Below, piece after piece: positions 30,669-32,000 of a stretch of DNA of 32,000 nt (positions are counted from its first letter, which is position 1; every line of letters starts with the position of its first letter). The notes under the pieces are model-generated. The model ran no database searches and had not been told where the DNA came from. It was given only the letters and a program-made list of their open reading frames with translations. The DNA is from Coprobacillaceae bacterium (GTDB lineage: Bacteria > Bacillota_I > Bacilli_A > Erysipelotrichales > Coprobacillaceae). A program made the translations under genes and the position numbers. The DNA is taken from assembly GCA_963675515.1 (NCBI GenBank), contig OY776328.1, positions 1,260,001 to 1,292,000 of the forward strand. The letters are read 5' to 3'.

Positions 30669-32000
30669 GTGTGAAGCTAGGTGAAGTCGGCTGAACAATA
30701 CCTAAGTGATATATCATATGGTAAAGGATAGGCCGGGACGCTATAAATTATCTATGGTGAGAATGTCCGTGTAAGGACTGACGAAACTGCGAATGTACGG
30801 GTCTAGAAAGTCGTGCTATTGAAAGGTGGCATGTTGCGTGCGCAACGATGAATATCGAAAAGTAAGAATCGTTGATATGAAATTCGAGATACTCGACAAT
30901 GAGGGTATAATTCATCAGGCTCATAGCAGGAACCTAAGGATAAATGTAAAGCTAGAATATTTGGAACGTTGTAAGCGAGAAACGTCTATTAAACGACTGT
31001 TATCGGGACGGTAACTATAAGTGTAAACGAAGTGTTTTTATTCTCGTGAAAGTAGGGGCACAGTACCGATGAAGCCACGAAAAATGGTGGAGGGATAGCC
31101 CCAAGTCTGGTTCTTTAAAAATCAGTTACAGTTAAATGAAGCTCACAGGGTCTGATAAGATGATGGGAAACAATTGTTCTAAACGAAAGGAATAATCCAT
31201 CGGTGAGCACGGGATTACGAAACAACGAATATTACAGTATGCAGGAAACTTTTGACTGGTTGTATCAAATGAGTTTAAACAATGATACTTACGGGATAGA
31301 TCTTTATAATCTGGTGATATCCAGGAACAATATACTCCTCGCCTATCGAAACATCAAAAGCAACACCGGAAGTCACACTAAAGGCACTGACGGCCTTACT
31401 ATTGATGATTACAAGATAGAAAACGTTGAGAAATTTATTCAGGATATTAGACTATCGCTATTGGACTATAAACCAAAAACGGTAAGAAGAGTAGAAATAC
31501 CTAAACCTAATGGAAAATTACGACCATTGGGAATACCAACGATGCATGACAGACTGATTCAACAGATGTTCAAACAGATACTTGAACCAATCTGCGAAGC
31601 GAAGTTTCATAAGCATTCATATGGATTTAGAGCCAATCGCTCAACCCATAATGCTTTGTCAAGATGTTGCCATATCGCCAATATGACGCACAATCACTAT
31701 GTTGTTGATTTGGATATCGAATCGTTCTTTGACAATGTCAATCATACCAAGTTAATCAAACAACTTTGGAATATCGGCATCAAGGATAATCAGGTACTGA
31801 CGATTATAAGTAGAATGCTGAAAGCTCCCATCAAAGGAGTAGGTGTCCCACACTGTGGGACACCACAGGGCAGGAGTGCTTTCGCCATTACTTTCAAACG
31901 TAGTGTTGAACGATCTGGACTGGTGGATAAGCAATCAATGGGAAACATTCAATGCTGATTATAAATGTCCATATAAGTATAGAGTACTCAAGAAAACCAA
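30669..32000 (+). mobile_element. Group II intron, 5' part (continues beyond the window)
   Basis: GTGTG at 30669-30673 fits the GUGYG 5' consensus. It lies about 535 nt upstream of an intron-type reverse transcriptase ORF, which is the usual distance for domains I-III. The 5' end is inferred and no RNA fold was made. Confidence 0.6.
31203..32000 (+). pseudogene. Group II intron-encoded reverse transcriptase/maturase, frameshifted within RT motif 5 and truncated by the window edge
   Basis: RT motifs are RRVEIPKPNGKLRPLGIPTMHDRLIQQ, YGFRANRSTHNAL, VVDLDIESFFDNVNH and GTPQG. After GTPQG the expected GVLSPLLSNVVLNDLDWWISNQWETF is read only in the +2 frame. This is consistent with one extra A at 31872. 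Confidence 0.8.

Noticed and set aside
30826-31014. 62-codon ORF upstream of the intron RT gene
   Set aside because: It lies inside the region expected to fold as intron domains I-III. It has no RBS and its product is not recognisable.

Overview
Firmicute-like DNA in two compositional parts. Positions 1 to about 26300 are very AT-rich accessory DNA. A hand count of the 60-nt line at 3301 gives 15/60 G+C. From about 26800 onward the DNA is much GC-richer, with 32/60 G+C in the line at 27301. A tRNA-Leu(CAG) gene (26471-26555, minus strand) sits at the transition with its 3' end facing the AT-rich block, which is the usual layout of a tRNA-anchored genomic island.

The island carries five modules:
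(1) A translationally coupled five-gene operon (260-5127). It encodes an RRE/PqqD-like radical SAM-SPASM enzyme, an ABC ATPase, an ABC-2-like permease and a TldD-like/TldE-like protease pair. It looks like an orphan RiPP (sactipeptide/ranthipeptide-like) maturation and export cluster. No precursor gene is visible inside the window.
(2) An AAA+ ATPase plus S8 subtilase pair behind a consensus promoter (5720-9035). This matches the IetAS anti-phage architecture.
(3) An abiH-like abortive-infection gene broken into three pieces by about 7 kb of nested insertion sequences. These are an IS1595-family element that itself carries a head-to-tail dimer of a second IS1595-family element, an ISL3-family element and an IS3-family element.
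(4) An HNH-like gene.
(5) A YtrA-type GntR/ABC operon whose permease is split by an IS3-family element, and a fused ABC exporter split cleanly by an IS1634-family element.

The GC-richer backbone holds a frameshifted AEC-family transporter. It also holds a minus-strand plsY-like/GNAT/decayed class-V aminotransferase unit, a ybjQ-family gene, and the 5' part of a group II intron whose reverse transcriptase ORF is frameshifted.

Overall there are seven IS copies plus one intron in 32 kb, and at least eight disrupted genes. The most novel-looking candidate is the rSAM-SPASM/TldDE/ABC cluster. The IetAS-like pair and the abiH wreck mark the region as a defence island. All calls come from reading the sequence and the ORF track. 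No database search was run.
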